Assembly: GCA_965644295.1 (NCBI GenBank)
Contig: CBFFRP010000395.1
Span: 1-64,000 of the forward strand
Direction: 5' to 3'
DNA from: Paraphysomonas bandaiensis
Taxonomy: Eukaryota; Protista; Chrysophyceae
DNA: 64,000 nucleotides
The notes under the pieces are model-generated. The model ran no database searches and was not told the origin of the DNA. It was given only the letters and a program-made list of their open reading frames with translations. The translations under genes were made by a program, and so were the position numbers. Shown piece after piece: positions 11,581 to 23,800 of this stretch (position 1 is its first letter; the number at the start of each line of letters is the position of its first letter).

Positions 11581-12029
11581 ACAGAATCCGCCTGCATCTC
11601 TTCCACCAGCTGAAATTCTACGTGAATTTACAGTCGTCGCTTCTCCTCCTCTCGTCGCGACGTCGACACCCCTGCAGCAGATTCCGTGTGTGGACAGACA
11701 CAATGTGTTCGATGATGTAGCTAATGAGTACATGCAACAACAAATTATGCAGGATCGAACAGCTCCTCGTGAAATGCACTCTCATGAGCAAACCCTGAGG
11801 CTTCAAATTTACGAGAATCTTCTAATGCGGAGAGGTAGATAGTAGTTTGTACTGCTATTTTTAACTACTTCTGTAGAAATTTAACTCTTCTAGAAGTTTA
11901 AGTTAATAATAATTGCGTTGAAAACTCAGCCTTGTAATTTTTGTAACATAACAATGTTACTTTTAGTATCTACTATTCATCAACAAAACCTGGTCAAATC
12001 ACTTTACCAGGTTTGGTCATCACATCGAC

Positions 12030-12372
12030 TTATTGCCAACCTCCAAAAGAACATAAAGGTCGAAGACAGTGGGCTGAGGAAGGATGCAAGGGATAAGTTC
12101 GTTGCAGATGTGAATCAAGTTTCACTCAATTCCTCAGATCCTTATGACTTTGGATCATTCGGCGAAAAAGTGCTGGAGGTGAATGAGGCCTACATCAAGG
12201 CCATTAAGAAGGTAAAGAGGATGTTTACTAAATTGGGCTGTAATGGGCAATTACATCTTTGTTTGCTTCCCCTGTAAGACAATCCTCTGGAATCAACTTA
12301 TACAGTTGCCCCAATCGGCCATATTCCTTCAAGAAGGTTTTAGAAGCACCAAATTCCACCTTTACCTTAGGT
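12030..12372. pseudogene. Rearranged gag relic of a sister chromovirus family (two fragments on opposite strands)
   Basis: + strand 12030-12237 LQKNIK..RKDARDKFVAD..DFGSF..KVKRMFTKL and - strand 12372-12243 PKVKV..KTFLKEYGRLGQLYKLIPE match consecutive parts of the intact gag. Confidence 0.85.
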
Positions 12373-12849
12373 AATAATCACTTCTTTATTCTCTTATATG
12401 AGTGTGGTGCTTTATACATAGATATAGACACTCACAGAAGTCTCATGGGCGTGCTGCATAACTGCACACATGAATGGATACAACCTTCCAGGTAAAGCAG
12501 GCAAACCCAAGATAATGTCATTTGTTTTCATGTCAATCACGTAGAATTCCCCAGTATACTGATATGTATGAAATCTTCACAGGATTCGCTTCAAGCTTCC
12601 TAGGAAAGTCCAGAGAGGAAGCACTTCAGCACATAATACACCAGATCAGAAGTATCTTATCCGGTACGGATATCCAGCCTCAACACTCTGAGTATACACT
12701 GAGAAAGAGTAGAAACTGAATATGTATTAAACTGAGAACTGAAAATACAAAAACACTCTGTACGTGTTACAGAGTACAACAGAAGAGTAACATATAACAC
12801 TACTAACAACGCAGAAAATATCGATGTCCATAAAAGTTTTGTATCCGAC

Positions 12850-14424
12850 GATCTTGTCCAACTCATGTCTCACATTCGGGACCGTGTAATGCGGGCTCGG
12901 AATGCACTTATTCGTACGTAGTCTCCGCAAATCCGGATGAACGGTTTAGTCGCTTTCGGAACTATAACCAAACAAGACGCCCAAGGAGACCTACTAGGAA
13001 CGTAAATATATCCACAAAGACTTTTGAACTCCTTCTCGGCATCTTCGTGAAACCTCGGATTTACGGCCTCACTATTGGTTTAATCCAAGGAGGTAAATTA
13101 TCATCGAACTTGATATCCAGCGGGTCAACTCCTTTTGTGCCGTCCGACCGATCCGGAATAAGAACTTAACTCCTTTGCTCCTCAATAACTCCAATACCGG
13201 TTGACACTCTCAAAACTCTGGTAAAACATGCTCCTCAAACATACTATCAAACTCTACAACGACTTCCTCACTGGATTTTCCTAGGAAGCTTGAAGCGAAT
13301 CAAAACTGCGCAGAATCCGGCACCTCCAACTCTTCAGGAACAACTTCCTTATCGTTGTTGCTCCAGAGATGTAACGTTTATTGTAGCACATTAAGAACGT
13401 GCTCCTTGTTCGCTTGTGCTCACATAAAACACTTGAAAACAAATCCTTAGAAATGAAATTCGAAGTCAAAGCCCTAGTATCAAAATTCCACGCACAGTTA
13501 TAAAGTAATTATCGTAACATATAACATTTCCCTCAGAATGCGCTAGCGTCAGCTATCTCTTACTTTGAACATTAAGAACATCACCAGATTTCTGAGAAAA
13601 ACGCGGCCAACAGTCTCCGAGTCACCCAATCCATATAACTGCTTATGACCTTCAGAACCAATGGCGTCCTGTAATTGTCAAGCGGAGCCCCAAGGCCTAG
13701 GCGAAACCTTGTGTGGCCCTTTGGACTCATCAGCTGACATCTGGGACAGGATATTCATCATCTATATCCGAGTTCCACTTACAATCGCCCCATTATATCC
13801 CTCGATAACAGTTGCCATACAAAGTAAATGCCATACATCCTCGGGTTGCTTCCACAGACTTATAATGTTTAATTAACAATTGTTCCACTGATCCCCGATG
13901 ATCTGAGTCAGATCCCTCCTTAATCATATCTTCCACCTGCTCCTCAAAGACATCTGAATCCGATTCATTCACATCCTCAACAACGTGTACGGAGTCAGCT
14001 CCCCTACCATCTAAATCACTGTAGAAATCGTCTTCGATCTTAACGTTATTTAGAATTTTCTATTTCCCTTTATAGATACGTCAAAGAAAACGATAGATCA
14101 GTTAACCACACCAAACAGTTCGAACTACGGATGTTGAGCTGGAACAACATTCCGCTACCATGTCAAGATTTGACATAATTAGGATTATTAACTGAACGTA
14201 ATACGCACTCAACGATATAATTACAAATTATAATCAATCTCACTTATCATTCATTGTCAATCGCCAAATTCATGTATCTCAACTGCCAACCATCTTCATA
14301 TGATCTTATACAGTCAAAATATTTTAGTTTCACTCCTGTAATCTTCATGTTACGGTCATAATTCAAATATCTTTGAACTACAATGGTCATAATTCAAATT
14401 GCTCTCAGACAGCAAAACTCAACA
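12850..14424 (-). mobile_element. Decayed LTR retrotransposon (family 2): 5' LTR 14161-14424, PBS, gag and protease relic
   Basis: LTR TGTTGAG...CTTGACA is homologous to the solo LTR at 31058-31374 and is followed immediately by TGGTAGCGG (tRNA-primer-like, 14160-14152). Cys-rich GCMAFTLYGNC and protease-like FDTRALTSNFIS near 13450-13485; many stops. Confidence 0.75.
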
Positions 14425-14848
14425 GTTACATTCTTTACTATTTCCAAGAAATAATTCGCAATCTTGGATAGACACATTCTTATACAGTCACCGTAATTCA
14501 GTTTCTCTAAAAGTAATTCATAACATTTCGTTAGGTTCATAAATACTGCCTAGTCTCCACACGATGCGTCTACTCCATAATCTGGTAACGCTCAGCTAAA
14601 AAAGAAGTTAATAGTAATGTTCACAGAAAATTGAGCAGTGAACAGGTACCATTTGTCATCATATATTGGAGATATTATTATAGCAAAAGTAGTCGTGCAA
14701 AGCGAAATGATCACCAACAGGTACATCTGAAACAAAACCAACAAATTGCCGCCCACTACGATTTAAATAACAACGGAATTCCACAAACCGTAGGTCCCAT
14801 ACACTGCATTATACTACATACGCAAAGAGCGCTATACTAAAACAAACA

Positions 14849-17800
14849 CTACACCCACGGCATCCAGGTGGCATCACATAACGCCAAGCAGTCAACTGAC
14901 TTCGCATTGTTGAGCAGGTCTTGAATGGATTCATCACAGCTACGATTGGAATCAGTATCACAGGTGTGGTAGGCTGGTGTCAGAGACTGAATTTTGTTCT
15001 CCACGTGTTGCTCGAAGAATACCTGTCATTACAATATTATGAGCGGTCAAATTATAGACAATAGCGTAACAGTACCCCGGTTCCATCAACTCTACTGCTG
15101 TCACCCGTTCCAATATTGTGGGTAGTAGCAATGCAATATTCGAGAAAATATAGTCTCCAAAAGCTCTGTTTACAAAGTGTTGATATAATAAACTATAAAA
15201 ATATATTTAGCCTACCTCTAGGAATGTGTTGTTCGTCGCGCAACCCATCAGCACATTTCCTATGGCAGTTCTCATGATTCCAGAGAGAAATGATGATGAC
15301 ATTAATTCTTCTAAGAACGGCGTGAGTCGACACAGAGGGCCCACTTTATCCAATTTAACTTGTCGACCATTAGCGGTCTCTACCACGCTTACAGCAGGGT
15401 GAACATTATATGACTCCACACGCCCACTTTCCGGAGAGAACATAAAGCTTCGCGGGCCAGGAGCTCTGCTATTCATAAGATATTCAACTATCCCGTGTAC
15501 GCCAACCTGACAGACTAGCGCCTTGCGAACTAAGTAAAACATTTCGCATGATGTTATGCGGCCAAACGCCTGTCTCATAACAGCAGATACGATTTTGTGT
15601 TCACTCCCAAGTGCCAATGCTTTCGAAAATGCGTGTCGCTTGGACGCGGTCACAATATCAATTGTTTCTCCATTGACATCCATTGACGCACAACCATTAT
15701 TATCGCATATGTACAATTCTGCATCTGTTCTGTAGGCTATCACATCATCCAGAGACGAGGCTGATCCCTTCGACTCGTCAACTAGTAACTCTTCCAATGA
15801 CACAGTGTGCCCATAGCATCGTGTTACACTAAGCTCAGCGCTAAATCTCATCGACGAAGGATGCATTATGGACAAGTCTCGGCTACGTGTGTGTGAACTC
15901 TGCTGAAATGCCCAGTCGAATGCACCACATACTTGACCAAACATGTTCTACGCAGTAAGGAGCTGTTAACACGAAAGCATATTCACAGAGTATACGCACC
16001 TCAGATGTAACCGAATCTAAACGTTGACCAAGATCATCGCTTGCGAGGCATACATCAAAGCAATGCACATCTCCATCACTACCTAGAAAACGAATGCGAT
16101 AGCGAACAACATTACCATGGCAAAGCACACGGTCAAACGTTGGTAGCAGTCGCACAATCTTCACATGCAAATCCATCTTCGGCTGCTGGAACATGGAGGC
16201 GCTCTCGTGGTATTGGCCAGGTACAGAAAGCAGCGGTCGATACAACTGAAGGCAGTTATTGTTTTCTATCGTGGAAAATCGTGGTGATCGAAGAGAGACA
16301 ATTGCTGGGGACAATTGCTTGGCCATTTTTCTGTGCAACGACGAACTAAGAGACATGACATTATCAAATGCAAAAATATACCTGGGAAGTTTGGAGGAAA
16401 TTGGAAACAGCTCTCCAGTTGCATGTGACAGGGAGTCAACCCATTTTACGGACAGATCCAAATACTGAGCAACAGTTACATTCCCGCGCGATCAAGGAAT
16501 TATTCATACTACCTCTTTAATTGTCCATTCACGTGAAATTCCGCTAAACGCTTCTACGAACTTGCTTTGGAGAGCAGTCGATTCACAACTTCCTTCATTC
16601 TGTATGCGTTTCAAGCAGTTCGAAATTATATTCATCACATCAGATGGTATAGGTTCCGAAAATCTCATCGTATAATCATCAAGTAATCGCCGAGAAAGGG
16701 CGTCCAGAGTGGAGAGAGTGCGCCAAGCAAACATATAAGGCTGCAAAACCGACTGGACTTGATTAGCAAAAAAATCGCTTAAATCCAGCTTGGCCCCGTG
16801 GGACACCTGCAAAGTGTTTCTTATTTTGTTCCGACAAAATTCCTCGGATTTAATCTCATCACTGGCATCGACAGGTAAAGTTTTCTTCGGGAGGTAATGA
16901 ATGACTGCCTCCGGGTGCTCTTTGGCAATGTCACAAATAATATCGACGACATAGTTTCGTTCGCGACGCTTGAGACCGGCAAAAAGAGTTGGTAGAAATG
17001 GAATCCACATCCATACAGGCATATTGGATGACTGTGATCGAAGTGTTGCAGCAAGTGACAATTCAGAGCTGTCGGCACATGCCACCAGCCATAATGCTCT
17101 CGCCAATAAAACCCTACCATTCTCAGAATTATTTTCAGCAGATTTTAGAATACAAACGATAGCTGACTGTGCTAACTCAGAGGTAGAGTCTTTCCTAAAC
17201 CAGTGATAATAGAAATCTCCCCAAGAGAGCCATCCTTTTGCGAACGTGGGACATATTTGTACACTCTGGGAATAAGACTGCTGTGCATCTTTGGAAAGGC
17301 CAAATTTAGATTGGAATTGGGCTTTCAAGCGGAATAGTTCAGCTTTTTGCTTGGCATCAAAATACTCCAAGTTCGTACTGTTAATGATATTGATACCATC
17401 ATGAAGTTGTTCCGTCGAGTCAGTGTAGCATATCAGTATTTGCTCACGAAATTTAGAATATGCATCCGAAACATCCACTGTACTTCCATCATCTAATCGC
17501 GCCAGAGCCTTAGTGCTAACATCTTCCAGGTGATGTTTCCTTGCCGCTCTCGCAAGAGCGACAACCGTCCACGGATAATCGTGTAATGACGCCAGCTGTG
17601 ATTCATCATTTAGGTTTCGAAACATATTTTTTATGAGGGAAAACACTTGAGTGCGCCACTGCAGTACACCATCCCACCACGGCAGGCCATCCCACATCTC
17701 AGGAAGGCGTTCCCTCCAAGTAATGAGATTTCCTTTAAGGTCTGGTAGACTCTTTTTCTGTGCACTTGTGCCAATTTCAGCCATTATTTGGATTGATTCT

Positions 17801-20800
17801 CTCGACTCAACGGCCCTGTGGAAAAAGTGAAGAATGTCCTTGTGTAATGTACAGTTTGAATTCCCGACTACGCGAGGTAAACAGTACCACTTATTTATCG
17901 CCATCTGGACAGACTGAGTCCACATTTTTTCCGCATGTTGATATTTTTGGTCGACGACAGATTGCATGACTTCCAGCAGCTTAAGATCATAATTCCCCCT
18001 CTCAAACTGAGCAGAAATACCGGCTGATGATTTTAATCGCCGCACTTCCGTCCAATTACACAACATGGCGCAAGATTCCATCCCAAGTTCAGGCAAACCA
18101 GAAGATCGCGCATATTCCGCAACAACGTCCCATTGAGATAAGTTCTTTGCACTCTGTAGCCATCTTTCTTCCCAAATTTCGTGTTCAAAAGAAGCTGCTG
18201 ATTCACCTTCCATAGGAAATGATGCGTTCTTCATTGTTTGAAGCAGTAAATCTTGCGAGTCGGGATACAACCCGTAAGATTGAAGGGCTAAAACCCGACC
18301 AGTAGATGGATGTCTGCAAAATTGGCGACAAACTTCAATGATAGTCTCGGAGTCGTTAATATCTCTAAGACAACTTACAATAATTCTGACAGCTCTGTCC
18401 CATCTATGTCCATTCAGCCCATTCGCGGTAGCATCTCGACAAACATTATCACACACTGCGTGCCAGAAATGATAGGCACAGCCAGCAGCACCTAAAAGCT
18501 CTGGCAAAAATTCAGCTCTCGGTTCTAATTCAAGGAGCGAAGTGACTATAATATGTGGAACGTTTTCAGCAAAAGGGAACTGGAAATTACTGAAGATGTG
18601 CTCAGGCCATGTCAAAGATGTTTTGTAGTCATGACGGGCAATATTACTAGACACCGCTGCAGTCAATGATGTTCGTTGTTCTGTAGTCGCGTGAATCCAA
18701 CCAGCTCTTAGAATCGTTTTCCATATGGAATCACCAATATAAGGGTTCATAAGGGGTAAATTGCCGAGACACTTTACAATGGTAGAGCCTGCCTTGGAGT
18801 TGTCATTCATTGCGGCGATAAATTTACGATATGGGTGAACATTATCGATCTCCACTTGAAGAAACTTCATTTCATCTAACGATTTGTCTTTGACATCGAC
18901 ATCGTATTTGCTGAGCACAACCTTTCTGTTCCGTGTTCGAATAGAACACGTGGGAAGCAAAAGTGACGCTATCACAGCGGGCCAATATCTATTCTCAAAG
19001 CAGTGGTTATCAGATGCGAACACAACTTTTAGTCTATCAATCAAACACCCACTACTGATTCCGGATTCCTCTATAATTCGACGAGAACACGCATTTCTCA
19101 GGGTTTCATTGCACGACATCAGCCCATATGACTGGAGTGCAATGGAACTTAAATGGCTCTTGACACCAAATTCACGTTGCATACCCACAGACGAATCAGG
19201 TGTGGATGACGCAGCCACCCGCTCCACGAGGGCGACTACACGAGATAGAGCGCACTGGGCATTTATTTCGAATCCCCAGCGGTCAAGATTACTTATGCTT
19301 GAAAATAACTCGGCCTGTTCGTTAAGAGACAAAGGACTGTCTTTTTGGGCCACCCATAAACAACAGTACTTGACAGCTTGGCCCCACAGAATGTGGTTAT
19401 CTGATACTTGTAGAATCGCATGTAAAACACTGAGGACAAATGATTTATATTCCCGGATATATCCCCCATGTACGGCATTGCACAAGAGCTGTACACATAG
19501 CAAGAGAGAGGTAATTGGCCCCTCAGTACTCGCGTTAGTCATATTGCCTGCCGATGAGTGATAACTATCAGGTAGTACTGTTTGAAGTGGGCTCCACTTC
19601 AGAGCCTCCACAGCCACTGCAGCATGTGGTGTGGCATAAATACACGACTTCTTATCTGCGCCAGCGTGAGCCTTCGACAACTAAAGTTACAATAATCAGA
19701 TTAAAACATTCAAGGACTCAAAAGTACCTGTTTAAGATGACGATCTAGCAAATTCTTACAATGTAAAACAATAGCCCCATCGTGATTCTCAATCCAAGAC
19801 GGCTGCAACTTACATATGTCATCTAAAAGTTGTAGAATCCACCAGTTTGGGTAAATTACACTTGATTCCGATTTTCCTCGCACTCCAGACTGTGACTTTA
19901 AATCCCGCGCGGATCCAGGGGTTTTCATATCACTTCTGCTAGCAACTGGTGTGTCGGGAACCTCTAATCGCAGACTCTTGTCAACTAAGTGCTTAAATTG
20001 TTGATAGAAGCCCGCTTGAATAAACGATAAAGGAGGGTTCGATGGTGGGTAACAATCAATTATTTTCGTCATGAATTGTCGAAATATCTTATTCAATGAA
20101 GGTTTCATAATATGGTCAGAATTAAAAAGTGGTGGAAGAAGACCTGTAATTAGTCCAATGTTGTAGTAGAGCAAAGTTGAGTCAGTATCACGCGATTCCA
20201 TACTTGCTGAAAGAAACTGAAGGAAAGTGGAGAGAATTCTGTCGGATATCTCTCCACTGCTACTACTCTCGCCTCCTCCACTAGAACCTGTCGTATTCGA
20301 TGAGGATGTGCTCCCTTTCGAAACCGCTCTCGACGATGAACTGATAGAAGATGCCTTGCTTCCCGCTTCAGGTCGTCCTTTCCCTCCAGTTTCAGCTCTG
20401 GGCTTCCCACTGCTATCAGAGCGAGACTTTCCCCCTATCTCATCCGTTCCTGCAGTTGCCTTGCCTCCTCCACTTTGTGGCTTAGAAGTGGTCGATGCCG
20501 CGGCCTTCGGAGCAGCATTCTTCGTTGCACTTACGCTGCTGGAGGCGTTGTAACTCTTCAAAAACGTGCTCAAAAGCCGCTCAAAGTAGTTAACCTTGAT
20601 ATCTTTCATGGGAACTATCGAAACCAACATACTATACAACTCAATGCACTTATCCGCAAGTCGACTCAGCCCATGCTCGCGACTATCAGCGACAAACAAT
20701 CCCAACCTCACTAAGAAATTCGCAAGCATTTGTACCATTGAGGAGTGCAGCGAAAACTCGTCTTCCTTCTCACTATGTGGACTAGCCGCAGGTGGGGTAT

Positions 20801-23800
20801 GACCTGGTTCTGGTAGACTGGTGTTACCGCCAAGTTTCGTGTCCGCAATATTCGACGTCATCGATGAGGCTTTTTGCTCCAATTTCTTTTGGCGGATGTA
20901 CTCCCAGCCAATAAGCACCTCAGCACAACCGACTGCCACCTGACGGTGATCAGGAGGACAATTCGGGGGCAATCCAAGTCGACTAATAGAAGACACCATT
21001 TGAGGTACGAAATGAGATCGAAATGGATAGAAAAGGGCAGCATGACGAACAATTAGGTTCCAAACGTGTATCAATTGCGGTAAAGAGTGGCCTTCCTCAA
21101 ACACAACCTTTTTGGTCCACTTCATTGCTTTCACGAAGTCTTCATAACGGAGACGCTTCGGCAACGCTGGAACTAAAGTATCAAGCGACACCGATACTAA
21201 GTCCTTATGCTCATTTTGGTAAGTCCTCAATAAAGCAACATACACCTGTGTTAAAAAGTTAACTTCATGAACACAATATCTCCGAACTCACTTGTAGAAT
21301 AATTTTAGGTGGCGTTTCATATGCAGCTATGAACTTGCAAACATTGGCATAAGCCCAGTGTTTCGTGGTCGAATCATCAGCTTTCAGATGATTCCACGCA
21401 AACTTAATTAAATCCTTTCTATGCTCCATCAAATCTTTACTACGATGTTCAATCAATATCGTAGCCACCTACACCATATATCAGAAAATATTTCCACTAA
21501 ACATACTTAAACCTTGAGCAACTCTATTTTCACAGGTTCCAGCATTAAATGCGAAGTATTTGAACTTGACACTGGCGCGCTGTCATCAGCACCGCCAGTT
21601 CCTGAAGAAGCGCTTCTATCCGCATTTCCACCGGCAGAGGAAAATGCATAACGCATTATCAAATCAATCGTCTCAGAGTCAAGGACATTGTCCTCGGTAG
21701 TGTTGCAACTGCTCTCTTCAAATAGATGGAGCAATATCGGTATTATAATTGTCTGTAATATCGATTACACATATCACAAAACATAGAGCACAAAAGAGTA
21801 AAGTACACAACATACCTGTAGTGATACGACCTTGAGCGCTGAGCATATTGTCCTATTGTCCAGCATCGATAAGAACACCCTAATTATGTATCTTTTGTCC
21901 TGTACGGATTGCAAGGTTGGTAATTCAGTTCTGAAAAACATTGTGAGGAAAGTAAAATCAAGGGTATTCGAATTGGAGAGGACTGGTACAAGGTCAAACA
22001 GAACAAAAACGTCGCTACTTTTGCGCCGACAGTATGTGAGTATAGCTTCACATATTATTTTCATTTCGAAATGCTCTTGAAACTTATAGTCGATCATATC
22101 TGCAACTTCACGCTCCGTGTTGCTATCAGACTCCTTTGTCAAGGTTGGAAACATCCTTTTCGTACACCCATCTTTGACTGTGAAGCCACAATTTCTCAGT
22201 ACCAAATACAAAACATTACACAAGGCCGCTAGCAGCTCAGGTTCCTCGACAAGACAAGAGGATGAATTCTCACAGAGTTTGTGAACAATGCGAATTGCGT
22301 TAGCTGACGCCCTGCGCAATGTCTCTTTTTCTCTCTCGTCGCCAACTGCGCGGTGTAAATCCTTGTTTCCCCCTGTCCCATCGATGCTACTTAACGCGGA
22401 TGTGGAGCCAAGTAATAGAGGTGAATTAGGTAGTCCAGAATTCATTGACGAGGAAGAACCTCTGTTTACATCGTGTTGGCTCGAATCAATCACGGCGTGA
22501 CCATCAGTCGTCGCAAGTTTCGAAGGAACCGGTGGACGCAAAAGTTCACTCGAATTACGAAGTTGAATTATTTCAGAAAAACGCCGCGGGCGGCTTGCTG
22601 GGGTAGTTGCCGTACGCACGTAAGCAGATATACACCGTGCAAGGGCTGAATAGCACTTGCGGGAGAAGAGCTTATCCTTAAACCTTTGAGCTATGTGGGA
22701 CACTGCAAACACATCCAAAAACAAATGCAAAACCTGTATATCATATTAAACAACCAACTATACTATGACAAAAATATATACCTCAGGTTTCGCCAAATAT
22801 TGTGGATCTAGGAAAAAATCCAACCACTCATCAGGATATTTCGATAGAAACGTTGCAACAGGGGTTAGAAATCTCGATACACCGGAAGGGCAAGGGCCAT
22901 ACTGACACGACACTCGCTGGAGTCGAACTAACACGTCACAAGCGAATTTTCTTATAAAGCGCTGTACGTCACTATCTTGTATATGATTCGTCTCATCGGG
23001 ACGGGGCTCTCGCGTATGAGCACCTGATTCCCACTGAAAAACGGGGAATATGTTGATAATCGCGATGGCAACTTCAACTTCTTCGCCGGGCCATGCATTA
23101 GATTGCATTACTTTTTCAGGGTCTGTCCACCACTTCAAAATTTCAAGCAACCTCAATCCAATTTTAAGGAAAGCTCTATTCTTAGCCAAGCTAAGAAAAC
23201 ATTGTAAACGTTTCAGCTTTTCGACGGTCAACAAACGGGGCTGCTCAAACATGTTCATAAGAGCTTTCACTTTCGAGCTAATACCAAATGCATTCAGCAG
23301 GTCTATCTCGGGATATGCCACACTATGAGCTTGGGTTATCAGGCGCACCACACTCCCAGCCAAGTCGATAATCTCAGTCCACTTCAAGGAAAGAGAATCA
23401 TACAAAAATGCAACACATTTATTTCGGAAGTCCTTGAAGTTGTCTCCCATAAGGGTATTCGGGTGCTGAGAGAAGAATACCTGAATAATATTCACATAAT
23501 GTAGTCTGGCTTGAATTTCATGTGGAACATCTTCAGGTAGGTGACGCAGCACAATTTCCAGATTCTCCTCCTCGCACGCACGCAATATCTCCGCAGAAGC
23601 ACTTAAATCCTTTTTTAACTCATGTGGACGAGAGATTGATGAGGTAGTATTCGACTGCGAGTCATTGCAATAATTGAAAATAGACTTCAGTAAAGATATG
23701 GAAGAGTCTGAAATAGTTCGTTCTGGGCAATGGGTGCATATAAAGCTCATTCTCGATGAAAACCCAACCAACGACCTAGAACGTAACCCAAGTTTCTCAG

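Larger units (their letters stand above)
5262..11946. repeat. ~520-bp inverted repeat: left arm 5262-5785, 64-nt spacer, right arm 5850-5998 plus 11585-11946, split by the LTR element
   Basis: Arms are reverse complements apart from about 4 transitions and one ~13-bp indel near 5450. Confidence 0.95.

Noticed and set aside
12380-12810. Possible Copia RT fragment (HRSLMGVLHNC) and LTR-like tail
   Set aside because: Too degenerate to support.
15000-16461. TRRAP kinase domain lacking catalytic motifs as a sign of pseudogenisation
   Set aside because: TRRAP/Tra1 is an established pseudokinase; frame breaks coincide with GT-AG introns.
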